Assembly: GCA_965203515.1 (NCBI GenBank)
Contig: OZ241907.1
Coordinates: 3,264,001-3,328,000, forward strand
Source of the DNA: Spirochaetia bacterium
GTDB taxonomy: Bacteria; Spirochaetota; Spirochaetia; SZUA-6; Bin103
Direction: 5' to 3'
DNA: 64,000 bases
The position numbers and the translations under genes were made by a program. Shown one piece after another: positions 27,766 to 37,950 of the stretch (the stretch's first letter is position 1; the number at the start of each line of letters is the position of its first letter). A model generated the notes under the pieces. The model was not told where the DNA came from and searched no databases. It worked only from the letters and a program-made list of their open reading frames with translations.

Positions 27766-29340
27766 TTACGAGCAGGTGTTGGCGGCGCCGGGCGTCGCCG
27801 TCATGGTGCGGAAGTCGGCGGCGTTGTCGTCGCTGTCGAAGCTGTTCGGGCAGCGGCCGATCGACTTCGAGGCGGCGTTGGCGTCGTCCGCCGGCGCCGG
27901 CGAGCCTTCGCCGGCGCCCGCAACGGCGCTTTCGTAGTGGACGGCGTCGACGACGCGACCGTCCGTCTTGGCCACGATGCGGACCGCGTCCGGGCCGTTC
28001 TGGATGCCGGACGACTTCAGCGTCACCTTCGTGATGGCGCCCGGCAGACCATCGGCGTCGAGGACCGCCTGGTCGGCGATCAGCAGGAACCCGCCGGCGG
28101 CCAGACTGCCGGTCGCTTCGTAGGTCTCATAGGGCACGTCGCCGGTGCCGTTGACCAGTTCGAACCGGTAGCCGGAGAGCGCGACCGGGGAGGTGCCGGG
28201 ATTGAGTATCTCGATGAACTCGGCGGTGTCCGTGCTGCCCGCCTGGTCGTAGTCGATCTCGTTGACGATCAGCGCCGCCTTCTGCGGCATGAGCGGGAGA
28301 TCGCGGAACAGGTTGGCCGGCACCGCCAGACTCGCCGTGGTGGTCAGGGAGTTGGCGTCGGTGACCGTGACCGACAGGGTGCCGGCGGTCGTCTGCGTAT
28401 AGCCTTTCAGGATCGTCGGATTCGTGGCCGAGTCCGTGAACGTGAACGTGCCGGTGACTCCGTCCGATTTGGTGAATGACCACGCGTACGTGAGCCCGGT
28501 GCCGGCGGCGGAGACGGCGGCGGTCCAGCGGACGCCGGCAGGGGTGCGCTTGCCGGTGAATCCCTGCACGACCGGTCCCAGGTTGGCGGTGAGGGACGAC
28601 GTCTGCACCCTGATCTGGAAGTCGACCTCGGCCCGATTGCCCTGCGCGTTCGTGATCGCGATCTGCGCGGTATACCAGCCGGGCACGGTCGGCGCGGCGT
28701 AGCTGCTGGTGATGGTCCCCGTGCCGGCCGCCAGGGTGGCGGTGCCCGAGCTTGGCGTGAACGCGCCGCCGCTCAGCTCCCACCCGATCTGCTCGGTGGT
28801 TCCCCCGGTCACGGTGATGCTGACGTTGGCCGCCACGCCGGCGGAGACGTTGCTGATGGTGATCCCGGAGACCGTCGGAAATCGATTGGCGACGCCGTCG
28901 TCGACCGCGGTGAGCCGGATCGTGATCGATTGGCCGGCGGTGGTGAGCGTGGCGGAGTGGGTCCCGCGGAAGATCACCACGTCGCCCTCGTCGCGCGCCT
29001 CCGCCGTGAACGTCAGCGGCGTGTTGAGGGTGAGGCCGGACACGGTTCCCACCCAGGCGCCGCCCGTCGACCGCGAGAGCGTGGCCTGGGCGAGCGGGTC
29101 CTGACGGACTCCCGATGCGTCATTGCCGGCGACGCTGATCGTCACGGAGTCGATGTCGGCGTGGCCTTTCCTGGCCGAGGCGACGCCGAGCGGGCCGGCC
29201 ACCCGCACCGTCACCGACGTGGTGCCCGAAGGGCCGTCCGGCGCGGCCAAGTTCATGAAATCCATGCATCCCATGAGGGACGCGGCGACCAGCGCGGCCA
29301 GCACGGCCACGCTGCGGCGAACGGAAGGTGAGTGCTTCAT
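27766..29340 (-). CDS. Lipoprotein with Thr/Ser-rich beta-sandwich region and C-terminal lamin-tail domain
   Basis: Lipobox SLMGC; LIVNEIDYDQAG..DTAEFIEILN, IQNGPDAVRI, SIGRCP..DSDDNAADF..TPGAAN. Confidence 0.85.
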   Translation of the reverse strand: MKHSPSVRRSVAVLAALVAASLMGCMDFMNLAAPDGPSGTTSVTVRVAGPLGVASARKGHADIDSVTISVAGNDASGVRQDPLAQATLSRSTGGAWVGTVSGLTLNTPLTFTAEARDEGDVVIFRGTHSATLTTAGQSITIRLTAVDDGVANRFPTVSGITISNVSAGVAANVSITVTGGTTEQIGWELSGGAFTPSSGTATLAAGTGTITSSYAAPTVPGWYTAQIAITNAQGNRAEVDFQIRVQTSSLTANLGPVVQGFTGKRTPAGVRWTAAVSAAGTGLTYAWSFTKSDGVTGTFTFTDSATNPTILKGYTQTTAGTLSVTVTDANSLTTTASLAVPANLFRDLPLMPQKAALIVNEIDYDQAGSTDTAEFIEILNPGTSPVALSGYRFELVNGTGDVPYETYEATGSLAAGGFLLIADQAVLDADGLPGAITKVTLKSSGIQNGPDAVRIVAKTDGRVVDAVHYESAVAGAGEGSPAPADDANAASKSIGRCPNSFDSDDNAADFRTMTATPGAANTCS

Positions 29341-29376
29341 GCCTGAGATACCGCCGGCGCGTCCGCAGCGCTTCAA
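29341..29376 (-). promoter_or_regulatory. Conserved motif copy 1: TTGAAGCG-N16-GGTA-N8-ATG
   Basis: TTGAAGCG ctgcggacgcgccggc GGTA tctcaGGC ATG. Confidence 0.7.
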
Positions 29377-30053
29377 TCGGCAGCCGGGTCGGCGCAGGCG
29401 TTGGCCGCTCCCGGCGTGGGCGTCATGGTCGCGAAGTCAGCGCCGTTGTCGTCGCTGTCGGAGCCGTCGGGACACCGCCCGATCGACGTCGGAACGGCGG
29501 TCGCGTCCTTGGGCGCCGGCCGGCCTTCCCCGACTCCGGGGACCGGGTCCCGGTAGTGGACGCTGTCGAGCGCCCGCCCGGTCGCGGCCTCGACGATGCG
29601 GATGCCGTCCGGCCCGTTTTGCAGGCCGCCGCTCTTGAGCGGCATCGCCGCCGTGCCGGCCGGCAGCGCGTCGATGACCGCCCGGTCGGCGATCACGAAG
29701 TACCCGCCGGCGGCCAGGCGGCCGGTCGTCGCGTAGGCGCCGTACCGGCGTCCGTTGGAGCCGTTGACCAGCTCGATGCGGTAGTCGGCCAGGTCGACGG
29801 CGGAGGCGTTCGGATTGACGATCTCCACGAACTCGGCGGTATCGGCGCCGGCCTGGTCGTAGTCGAACTCGTTGATCGTCAGCTTCGCCGCCGGCCGGCG
29901 CGGCGCGTCCGACTGCGCCCCCGCGGCGCCGGAGGCGGTCGATCCCGGCGTCGAGGTGGTCCCCGGAAAGTCCATGCATCCGCTCAGGGATGCGGCGGCC
30001 AGACTCGCTGCCAACGCGGCAACGACGATGCGAACCGAAAGAAGGTGTCTCAT
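29373..30053 (-). CDS. Lamin-tail-domain lipoprotein (paralog of the adjacent gene)
   Basis: Lipobox SLSGC-MDF; LTINEFDYDQAGADTAEFVEIVN, LQNGPDGIRI, SIGRCPDGSDSDDNGADF. Confidence 0.87.
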   Translation of the reverse strand: MRHLLSVRIVVAALAASLAAASLSGCMDFPGTTSTPGSTASGAAGAQSDAPRRPAAKLTINEFDYDQAGADTAEFVEIVNPNASAVDLADYRIELVNGSNGRRYGAYATTGRLAAGGYFVIADRAVIDALPAGTAAMPLKSGGLQNGPDGIRIVEAATGRALDSVHYRDPVPGVGEGRPAPKDATAVPTSIGRCPDGSDSDDNGADFATMTPTPGAANACADPAAD

Positions 30054-30089
30054 GCCGAAGCTACGGTCGCCGGCGCCGCCACGCTTCAA
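30054..30089 (-). promoter_or_regulatory. Conserved motif copy 2: TTGAAGCG-N16-CGTA-N8-ATG
   Basis: TTGAAGCG tggcggcgccggcgac CGTA gcttcGGC ATG. Confidence 0.7.
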
Positions 30090-30155
30090 TCGACCGCCCA
30101 GCCGGTCGAATCGTCTATGATCGGACGGGGAACGGATGGCGCTCGGGGAGGTGCG

Positions 30156-31313
30156 TCACGGATCGGGCCACGCCATCGCCTCGCCCCGGACGATGCGGGA
30201 GCGGCGTTCGTAGCGGCCGGGCCACTCGACCGGCAGGTCGCCGCGCTCGACCATCAGGCGGAGCGGGTTGACGAGCGTCTTCAGCGGCAGGTCGATGCGG
30301 CGCCGCTTCCGGGCCGACTCGAACAGCGCCATCATCACTTCCTGCACGGCCCGCCCGCGGTCGGCGCCGCTGATCGGCCGCTCGATGCGGCCCTCCACCC
30401 ACGCGATCGCCTCCTGGCACTGGCGGACCCACGGGTCGCGCCGGGGCGCCTCCACCGTCTGCCAACCGCCGGTCGCGGCGCCGAGGTAGCGCGCCGTGGC
30501 GATCTCGCAGTTGTAGCGGGTCGACGGACCCTCCGGCATGTACATAGGCGCGTCGGAGGGGAGCTCGGATTCCGGGGGAGTCGCGGTGCCGAGCTCCATG
30601 ATGCCGTCGGTGCCGACCACGCGCAGCGTCTGCGCGGCCGACGGGCTGCCGTGGATCAGGATGGTCGCCCCGTTGTCGCAGCCGGCGAGCGCCAGACAGG
30701 CATCCTCCGCCGGCAGGCCGCGCTCCACGTGGTCGGTGGTCCGCTCGACCGTACCGAGCACCCACTCGACCTCCGGCTCGTCCATGAGGAACAACGCCAA
30801 GCGGATGTTGTGCGAGTTGACGTTGAGCAGATTGCCGCCCTGCTCCACCGCCACCTGCGCCACCCGGCCGATCGCGCCGGCGCGGATCAGCTCCCGCGCG
30901 CGCAGCCACGCGGCGTGGTGCGGGCGCTGGTAGGCGATCAGCAGCTTGACGCCGTTGCGTTCGCAGGCGGTGAGCATGCGGTCCGCCTCGCCCAGATCGA
31001 CCGCCATCGGCTTCTGGCAGACGATCGCCTTGGGCCGCCGCGCCGCGGCGGCGATGACCATCTCCGCGTGCAGCGCGTGCCAGGAGCAGACGTCGACGAA
31101 GTCGGGGCGTTCGCGGTCGAGCATCTCCCGGTAGTCGGCGTAGCGATGGTCGCCGGGGACGCCGAAGAACTCCCCGAACTCCCGCCGGGCGTCGGCGTCG
31201 GTATCGGCGATCGCCGCGATGCCGGTCGGCCGGTCGGGAACGCCGAGCCAGCCGCGGGCGTGCACGCGAGCGATCATGCCGCAGGCGATGATCGCGGTAC
31301 GGTAGCGGGCCAT
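30156..31313 (-). CDS. Gfo/Idh/MocA family oxidoreductase
   Basis: TAIIACGMIA, DYREMLDRERPDFV, HAEMV, VCQKPMA, AYQR. Confidence 0.92.
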   Translation of the reverse strand: MARYRTAIIACGMIARVHARGWLGVPDRPTGIAAIADTDADARREFGEFFGVPGDHRYADYREMLDRERPDFVDVCSWHALHAEMVIAAAARRPKAIVCQKPMAVDLGEADRMLTACERNGVKLLIAYQRPHHAAWLRARELIRAGAIGRVAQVAVEQGGNLLNVNSHNIRLALFLMDEPEVEWVLGTVERTTDHVERGLPAEDACLALAGCDNGATILIHGSPSAAQTLRVVGTDGIMELGTATPPESELPSDAPMYMPEGPSTRYNCEIATARYLGAATGGWQTVEAPRRDPWVRQCQEAIAWVEGRIERPISGADRGRAVQEVMMALFESARKRRRIDLPLKTLVNPLRLMVERGDLPVEWPGRYERRSRIVRGEAMAWPDP

Positions 31314-31410
31314 GACGCGGCGATCATACGACGACCGGGGACCGGAATCCGGGACGGGATCGCGGCCCGGCTGTCGCGAATCGCTCCGGCCTGCATAATC
31401 GCCACCGCCC

Positions 31411-32643
31411 ATGGAGCTGTTCGCCACCGTCGCCGCCCTGTTGGCGGTCGCCGCCGCGCTCGCCTGGCTCAACGAACGGGTGATCGGCCTGCCCACCACC
31501 ATCGGCGTGATGCTGATCGCGTTGGCGATCTCCGTGGCGGCGCTGGTGCTGGGATCGCTGGGCGTGCTGTCGATCGCCGAGCGCGCCCGTGAGCTGGTGG
31601 CGGCGGCCGCCCTGGAAGAGACGCTGCTCGGCGGCATGCTCAGCTTCCTGCTGTTCGCCGGCGCCCTGCACGTCGATCTGGGCGACCTGCTCGACCGCTG
31701 GCTTGAGGTAGGGCTGTTCGCCACGCTGGGCGTGGTGGTCTCCACCGCGCTGGTGGCGCTGGCCGCGTACGCCGGCGCGCGCCTCCTGGGTCTGCCGATC
31801 GGCTTTGCGTATTGTCTGGTGTTCGGCGCGGTCGTGGCGCCGACCGACCCGGTGGCCGTGCTCGGCATCCTGCGGCAGAGCGGCGTCGGCGCCGGCCTGC
31901 GCGCCCTGATCGCCGGGGAGTCGTTGTTCAACGACGGCTTCGCCGTGGTGGTGTTCGCGACGGTCGCCGGGTTGGCGGCCGGCGCCGTGCAGCTCCACGC
32001 GGGCGAGTTGGCGCTCTTCCTGGCCCGGGAAGCGCTGGGCGGCGCCGCGCTCGGCCTGGTGCTCGGCTGGATCGGCTACCTGGCGCTGCGCAGCATCGAC
32101 AGCTATCAGATCGAGGTGCTGATCACCCTGGCGCTGGTCGCCGGCGGCTACGCGCTGTCGTCGACGCTGCACGTCGCGGGCCCGCTGGCGGTGGTGGTGA
32201 TGGGCCTGTTCATCGGCAACCGGGGGCGCCGCCTGGGGATGTCGGAGAAGACCCGCGAGCACCTCGATTCGTTCTGGGAGCTGCTGGACGAGGTGCTCAA
32301 CGCCGTGCTGTTCGTGTTGATCGGTCTGGAGCTGCTGGTGATCGACCTCAATCCCGCGGCGCTCGCTGCCGGCGCCGCGGCGATCGTCGCGACGCTCGGT
32401 TCCCGCCTGCTGGCGGTCGGCGGGACGATGCGGCTGCTCCGGCGTCCCGGGCCGCTGGTCGCCACCTGGGCGGGGCTGCGCGGCGGCATCTCGGTGGCGC
32501 TCGCCCTGTCGCTGCCGGCCGTCCCCGAACGCGAGCTGGTGTTGACCATGACCTACGTCGTGGTGGTCTTCTCGATCGCCGTGCAGGGGCTGACCCTGAA
32601 GCCGCTGGCACGCCGGCGCCGGGAGCGCCCGCGCGCTTCGTGA
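31411..32643 (+). CDS. CPA1 (NhaP-type) Na+/H+ antiporter
   Basis: FLLFAGAL, PTDPVAV, GESLFNDG, TWAGLRGGISVALAL. Confidence 0.95.
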   Translation: MELFATVAALLAVAAALAWLNERVIGLPTTIGVMLIALAISVAALVLGSLGVLSIAERARELVAAAALEETLLGGMLSFLLFAGALHVDLGDLLDRWLEVGLFATLGVVVSTALVALAAYAGARLLGLPIGFAYCLVFGAVVAPTDPVAVLGILRQSGVGAGLRALIAGESLFNDGFAVVVFATVAGLAAGAVQLHAGELALFLAREALGGAALGLVLGWIGYLALRSIDSYQIEVLITLALVAGGYALSSTLHVAGPLAVVVMGLFIGNRGRRLGMSEKTREHLDSFWELLDEVLNAVLFVLIGLELLVIDLNPAALAAGAAAIVATLGSRLLAVGGTMRLLRRPGPLVATWAGLRGGISVALALSLPAVPERELVLTMTYVVVVFSIAVQGLTLKPLARRRRERPRAS

Positions 32644-32650
32644 CCGGCGC

Positions 32651-33649
32651 GTGCTGACCGCGGTCACGGGAGCGACCGGCTTCGTAGGCCGCGCGTGCGC
32701 CGCCGCCCTGGCCGCCGCCGGGCAGGAGGTGGTCTGCACCGTGCGCGCGCGGAGCGACACCCGCGCGCTGCGGGCGCTCGGTCCGGCGGTGACGCTCGCG
32801 CCGGGGGCGCTGCATGACCGGCGCGCGCTGGCCGCCGCGTTCGCGGGCTGCCGGCGCGTGGTCCATTGCGCGGCGCGTGCGGACGACTGGGGCCGACGGC
32901 GCGACTTCGAGCGCGACAACGTCGCGGGCGCGGTCAACGTCATCGAAGCGGCGGCGCGCGCCGGCGTCGAGCACGTGGTCCACATGTCGACCGCCAACGC
33001 CGGCGGCTACGGCCGCCGGGACCTGGATGAGGCGAGCCGCGGCCGGCGCTCACCGTCGCCGTACTCGCGCTCGAAGCTGGCGGCCGAGCACGCCGCGCGC
33101 GTGCGCGCCGCCGGCTGCGGCGTGCGGTTGACGATCCTCCGTCCCAGCGCCGTGTACGGACCCGGCGACCGTCGCTGGACCCTGCCGATGCTGGATCGCG
33201 TCAGCGCCGGCGCCTGGCCGCTCGTCGCCGGCGGCCGGGCGCGGCTGACGCCGCTCTACGTCGTCAACCTGGCGCAGGCGGTCGTGCTGGCGCTCGACCG
33301 CCGCCCGCCGGGTACCTTCATACTGACCGACGACGTCACCATGACCTGGCGGCAGTTCGCCGCCCGTTGCGCGCGCGCTCTCGGGGTGCGCGCAATGGCG
33401 CGCAGCGTCCCGTACGCGCTCGCGCGGCCGGCGGCGGAGGCGGTCGAGCTGTTCGGCCGGATGGCGCGGCTGCGCCGCCCGCCGGCGATCACGCGCTACC
33501 GCGTCATCCGCGCCGCCAAGGACTTTCACTACCGGTGCGATCGCGCGCGAAGCGTTCTGGGATACCGCCCGGACCGCGACGTGGACGACCATCTGCGCGC
33601 CTGCGCCGCCTGGTACCGCCGCGTCCGCTCGGCGTGCGCGCCGGCTTGA
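32651..33649 (+). CDS. NAD-dependent epimerase/dehydratase (3-beta-HSD-like extended SDR)
   Basis: VTGATGFVG, YSRSKLAAE (YxxxK), LRPSAVYGPGD. Confidence 0.92.
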   Translation: MLTAVTGATGFVGRACAAALAAAGQEVVCTVRARSDTRALRALGPAVTLAPGALHDRRALAAAFAGCRRVVHCAARADDWGRRRDFERDNVAGAVNVIEAAARAGVEHVVHMSTANAGGYGRRDLDEASRGRRSPSPYSRSKLAAEHAARVRAAGCGVRLTILRPSAVYGPGDRRWTLPMLDRVSAGAWPLVAGGRARLTPLYVVNLAQAVVLALDRRPPGTFILTDDVTMTWRQFAARCARALGVRAMARSVPYALARPAAEAVELFGRMARLRRPPAITRYRVIRAAKDFHYRCDRARSVLGYRPDRDVDDHLRACAAWYRRVRSACAPA

Positions 33650-33672
33650 CGCGCCGCGGCGAACGGCCGCCA

Positions 33673-36225
33673 ATGGCGGCCATGGAACGGCAGACGAAAT
33701 CCGGTTCGGGGGCGGCGCCGGCGCGGGCCAGGATTGCGGTGATCGGCGCCGGCATCGTCGGCAACTGCCTGGTGGCGCACCTGGCGGAGCTGGGCTGGGA
33801 CGAGCTGGTGCTGATCGACAAGGGGCCGCTGCCCAACCCCGGCGGCTCCACCGGCCACGCCTCCAACTTCATCTTCCCCACCGATCACAACCGCGAGATC
33901 GCCATGCTGACGCTGGAGAGCCAGCGCCAGTACGAGGAGCTGGGGGTCAACACCACCTGCGGCGGGGTGGAGGTGGCGCGCACCGAGGCGCGCATGGAGG
34001 AGCTGCGGCGGCGCATGACCTCGGCCCGCTCCTGGGGCATCGAGGCGTACCTGCTCACCCCGCAGGAGGTGGCCGCCCGCATCCCGTTCGTGAACGCCGC
34101 CGTGATCGCGGGCGGCTTCTACATGCCGGCCGTTTCGGTGGTCGACTCGGTGCGCGCCGGCACCATCATGCGCGAACGCGCGCTGGCCAAGGGGGCGCTC
34201 ACGGTGCTCGACGACACCGAGGTCACCGGGCTGGAGGTGGAGCGCGGCCCGTTTCGCCGGCCCCGCATCCGCGCCGTGGCGACCGACCGCGGCACCATCG
34301 CCGCGGAGCAGGTGGTGATCGCCTGCGGGGTGTGGAGCCCGCGCGTGGCGGCCATGGCCGGCGCCAGCATTCCGCTCACCGCGGCGGTGCACCAGATGGC
34401 CGACCTGGGGCCGATCGACCTGCTGCGCGAGACCGGCAACGAGATCGGCTACCCGATCGTGCGCGACATGGACGTCTTCATGTACGAGCGGCAGAGCCAC
34501 GCGGCGATGGAGGTCGGCTCCTACGCGCACCGCCCGATCCTGGTGCGCCCGGACGACATCCCCTCGCTCGCCGAGGCGGAGCGGTCCCCCACCGAGCTGC
34601 CGTTCACCGGCGGCGACTTCGCGCCCCAGCTCGGCCACGCGCGCGAGATCATGGGCGGGCTGCTGGCCGGCTCCGAGATCGGGTACGCGGTCAACGGCCT
34701 GCTGTCGCTCACCCCGGACGCGCAGCAGGTGCTGGGCGAGACGGCCGAGGTGGAGCGGCTGTGGTCGGCGGCGGCGGTGTGGATCAAGGAAGGCCCCGGC
34801 ACCGCGCGGCTGATCGCGGAGTGGATCACCTACGGCTACCCGCGCCTGTGCGATCCGCACGGCTCGGACATCACCCGCTTCTATCCCCACGAGCGTACCG
34901 AGCGCCACGTCCGCGACCGCTGCAACGAGCACTTCATCAAGACCTACGGCATCGTCCACCCGCGCGAGCAGTGGGCCTCCGCGCGCGGCATGAAGCGCGC
35001 CCCGTTCCACGACCGCACCACCGCCCTGGGCGCCGAGTACTACGACGCGCGCGGCTGGGAGCGGCCGCAGTGGTACGCGTCGAACGCCGACCTAGTGGAG
35101 CGCTACGCCATCCCCGAACGCCCGCACGAGTGGGACCGGCGCTGGTGGTCGCCGATCATCGACGGCGAGCACCTGCACCTGCGCGAGAAGGCCGGCATCG
35201 TCGACCTGAGCGCGTTTCAGATCTTCGACCTGTCCGGTCCGGGCGTGGTGCCTTGCCTGGAACGGCTGACGGTCAACAAGTGCGACCGCCCGCCCGGCAG
35301 CTCGATCTACACCCCGCTGCTGACGCCGGAGGGCGGCATCCGCGCCGACCTCACCATCCAGCGCCTGGCCGATGACCGCTTCCGCGTGGTGACCGGCGCC
35401 TTCGACGGCGCGCGCGACGCGGTGTGGTTCCGGCGCCATCTGCCGGCCGACGGTTCGGTGCAGTTCGAGGACCGCTCCTCGGCGCTGTGCACCATCGGGG
35501 TGTGGGGGCCGGACGCCTGCGCGCTGCTCGCCGGCATCGCCGACACCGGCCTCTCGCAGGCGGAGTTCCCCTACGGGACGCTGCGCGCGGCGCTCATCGA
35601 CGGGGTCCCGGTGACCATGCTGCGCATCTCCTACGTGGGCGAGAGCGGCTTCGAGATCACCACCGCGACCGAGTACGGCGTGCGCCTGTGGGACGCCATC
35701 CGGCAGGCGGGGCGCCCGTTCGACGCGCGCCCGGTCGGGATCGGCGTCTACGGCACCACCGCGCGCATGGAGAAGGGCTACCTGCTGATGGGCTCCGACC
35801 TGACCGCCGAATACTCGCCGGTGGAGGCCGGCCTGGCCCGCCCGCGCGTGAAGCGGGATGCGTTCATCGGCAAGCAGGCCTACCTGCGGGCGCGCGCCGC
35901 GGAGCCGGCCGCGCGGCTGTGCGCGCTGACCATGGACGACCACACCGCCGCGGCCGGGATCGAACGCTTCCCCACCGGCGGCAACGAGCCGATCCTGACC
36001 GCGGACGGCGCGCGCATCGTCGACGCGCACGGCCGCGAGGCGCGCGTCACCTCGGCCGGCATGGGGCCGTCGGTGGGCAAGTACCTGCTGTTCGCCTACC
36101 TGCCGCCCGAGCACGCGGCGCCCGGCACGCGGCTGCAGGTGCTGTACATGAACGAGACCTTTCCGGTCACCGCGGCCGCCGCCACGTCCCTGTTCGACCC
36201 GCAGAACACCCGCCTGACGGCCTGA
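33673..36225 (+). CDS. Dimethylglycine/sarcosine dehydrogenase-like flavoprotein (DAO + GcvT domains)
   Basis: VIGAGIVG, GSTGHAS, GWERPQWY, RISYVGESGFEI, RMEKGY. Confidence 0.93.
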   Translation: MAAMERQTKSGSGAAPARARIAVIGAGIVGNCLVAHLAELGWDELVLIDKGPLPNPGGSTGHASNFIFPTDHNREIAMLTLESQRQYEELGVNTTCGGVEVARTEARMEELRRRMTSARSWGIEAYLLTPQEVAARIPFVNAAVIAGGFYMPAVSVVDSVRAGTIMRERALAKGALTVLDDTEVTGLEVERGPFRRPRIRAVATDRGTIAAEQVVIACGVWSPRVAAMAGASIPLTAAVHQMADLGPIDLLRETGNEIGYPIVRDMDVFMYERQSHAAMEVGSYAHRPILVRPDDIPSLAEAERSPTELPFTGGDFAPQLGHAREIMGGLLAGSEIGYAVNGLLSLTPDAQQVLGETAEVERLWSAAAVWIKEGPGTARLIAEWITYGYPRLCDPHGSDITRFYPHERTERHVRDRCNEHFIKTYGIVHPREQWASARGMKRAPFHDRTTALGAEYYDARGWERPQWYASNADLVERYAIPERPHEWDRRWWSPIIDGEHLHLREKAGIVDLSAFQIFDLSGPGVVPCLERLTVNKCDRPPGSSIYTPLLTPEGGIRADLTIQRLADDRFRVVTGAFDGARDAVWFRRHLPADGSVQFEDRSSALCTIGVWGPDACALLAGIADTGLSQAEFPYGTLRAALIDGVPVTMLRISYVGESGFEITTATEYGVRLWDAIRQAGRPFDARPVGIGVYGTTARMEKGYLLMGSDLTAEYSPVEAGLARPRVKRDAFIGKQAYLRARAAEPAARLCALTMDDHTAAAGIERFPTGGNEPILTADGARIVDAHGREARVTSAGMGPSVGKYLLFAYLPPEHAAPGTRLQVLYMNETFPVTAAAATSLFDPQNTRLTA

Positions 36226-36261
36226 CGATCGGCGTACCGGCCGCCGGCGCCCGGAGCAACA

Positions 36262-37326
36262 CTACCGGGCGGCGAGGGGTGTGACGGAGAGGCGCGCGCA
36301 GAGATCGTCGAGGGAGCGGATCACGCCGGCATCGAGCGGGATGCCGTGCGCCTGCCGTTCGGCCGCCGAGCGCTGCTCCGGCTCGCCCGGCAGGAGGATC
36401 TCCGTCACGCCGGCGCGCCGGCGCGCCGAGCGCAGGTACGCGAAGTAGCGCTCCTGCATCGCCTGCATGGCGCCCCGGTCGATGAAGGCGGCCGGGTCGA
36501 ACGCCTGCAGCAGGAAGTGGTTGTGCAGCACCGGCCCCATCGTCCCCGGCGCCCCGCCGGTCAGCACGCTGCCGAGCAGGTCGACGATCACCGACAGGCC
36601 GTAGCCCTTGTGCGCGACGCTGCCGCCCAGCGGCAGCAGCGTGCCGCCGGCGTACAGCGCCTCCGGGTCGGTGCTCGGCTCGCCGTCCTTGTCGAGGACC
36701 CAGCCGGGCGGCAGCTCCCTGCCGGCGGTGCGCGCCAGCTTGACCTTGCCCTCGGCCACCACGCTGGTGGTCATGTCGACCAGGATCGGGTCCCCGCCGG
36801 TGGGGACGGCGATGGCGATCGGGTTGGTGGCCAGCCGCCGCTCGGCGCCGCCCCACGGGGCGATGAAGGAGGAGCCTTCCGCGCTGCAGAAGAGCTGCGC
36901 GATCAACCCCCGCTCGGCCAGCATGGCGGCGTAGGCGCCGGCGCGGCCGATGTGAAAGGCGTTGCGCACGCCGACCGCCGCCATGCCGGTGCGGTCGGCC
37001 TTGGCGGCGGCCAGCTCGGTCGCGAACTCCGCCACCGCGTGGCCCCAGGCGTCGTGGCCGTCGACCACGGCGGTCGCCGCCGTCTCGCGCTCCACGGTCG
37101 GGCGCGCCGCCGGATCGACGTGGCCCCGGTCCCGGAAGTCCGCGTACTGCGGCAGCCGGAACACGCCGTGCGAGTCGTGGCCGACCAGGTTGGCCAGCAC
37201 CAGGTGGCGGGCGACGATCTCGGCGTGCTCGGGATAGCTGCCGAGGGCGCCGAGGACGTCGGCGGCGAAGGCGCGCAGCGTAGCGGCGTCGTAGCGGACC
37301 GCTCCGGCGTCAGGCGTCGGGCTCAT
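36262..37326 (-). CDS. Malate/L-lactate dehydrogenase (Ldh_2) family oxidoreductase
   Basis: GHDSHGVFRL, HIGRAG, TNPIAIA, DMTTS, HKGYGL, LPGEPE. Confidence 0.93.
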   Translation of the reverse strand: MSPTPDAGAVRYDAATLRAFAADVLGALGSYPEHAEIVARHLVLANLVGHDSHGVFRLPQYADFRDRGHVDPAARPTVERETAATAVVDGHDAWGHAVAEFATELAAAKADRTGMAAVGVRNAFHIGRAGAYAAMLAERGLIAQLFCSAEGSSFIAPWGGAERRLATNPIAIAVPTGGDPILVDMTTSVVAEGKVKLARTAGRELPPGWVLDKDGEPSTDPEALYAGGTLLPLGGSVAHKGYGLSVIVDLLGSVLTGGAPGTMGPVLHNHFLLQAFDPAAFIDRGAMQAMQERYFAYLRSARRRAGVTEILLPGEPEQRSAAERQAHGIPLDAGVIRSLDDLCARLSVTPLAAR

Positions 37327-37928
37327 GCCGATGCCTCCGTGCCGCCGCCCGGTTGCGCGGACCGCGCCGGCGGAGGCGCCGCGCGGGTGATCGCGAAGCC
37401 GAACAGGCTGCCGCACACGCCGCCGATGACGTGCGCGAGTTGCGAGATCGAGTCCTCGCCGAAGGCGTTCACCACCTCGCGCGCCAAGTACAGCACGGCG
37501 ACCAGCACGAAGGTGAGCGGTATCTCCCCGGAGCGGATGTTGGTGAACGAGCTGAGCAGGATCATCATGAAGGCGATGCCGCTGGCGCCCATCAGGGCGG
37601 TCGTCAGGAACAGCCAGTTCAGGACCCCGGTCGCCAGCGCCGTGATCGCCATCATCAACAGCAGCGGCCCGGAGCCGTACTTCTCCTCCAGGATCGGCCC
37701 GATCAAGAGGATCAGGGTGAAGTTGGCCAACAGGTGCGTCCAGTCGGCGTGCCCCAGCACGTGCGTGACCAGCCGCACGTAACCGATCGGCGAGGAGCCG
37801 GCGAAGGTGCCGGGCACCGCGAAGTTCCTGACCGCGAATCCCCCGCCCGCGATCTGGTCGATCGCCATCACGGCCGCGGCGGCGACCGTGTAGCTGAGCA
37901 CCACCGGCGCGTTGTAACGGACCTTCAT
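37323..37928 (-). CDS. Rhomboid family intramembrane serine protease
   Basis: H...HLLAN, LEEKYG, GASG (catalytic Ser), AHVIGG (catalytic His). Confidence 0.92.
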   Translation of the reverse strand: MKVRYNAPVVLSYTVAAAAVMAIDQIAGGGFAVRNFAVPGTFAGSSPIGYVRLVTHVLGHADWTHLLANFTLILLIGPILEEKYGSGPLLLMMAITALATGVLNWLFLTTALMGASGIAFMMILLSSFTNIRSGEIPLTFVLVAVLYLAREVVNAFGEDSISQLAHVIGGVCGSLFGFAITRAAPPPARSAQPGGGTEASA

Positions 37929-37950
37929 GCTTCCTCTTCCTTCCGGCGTC

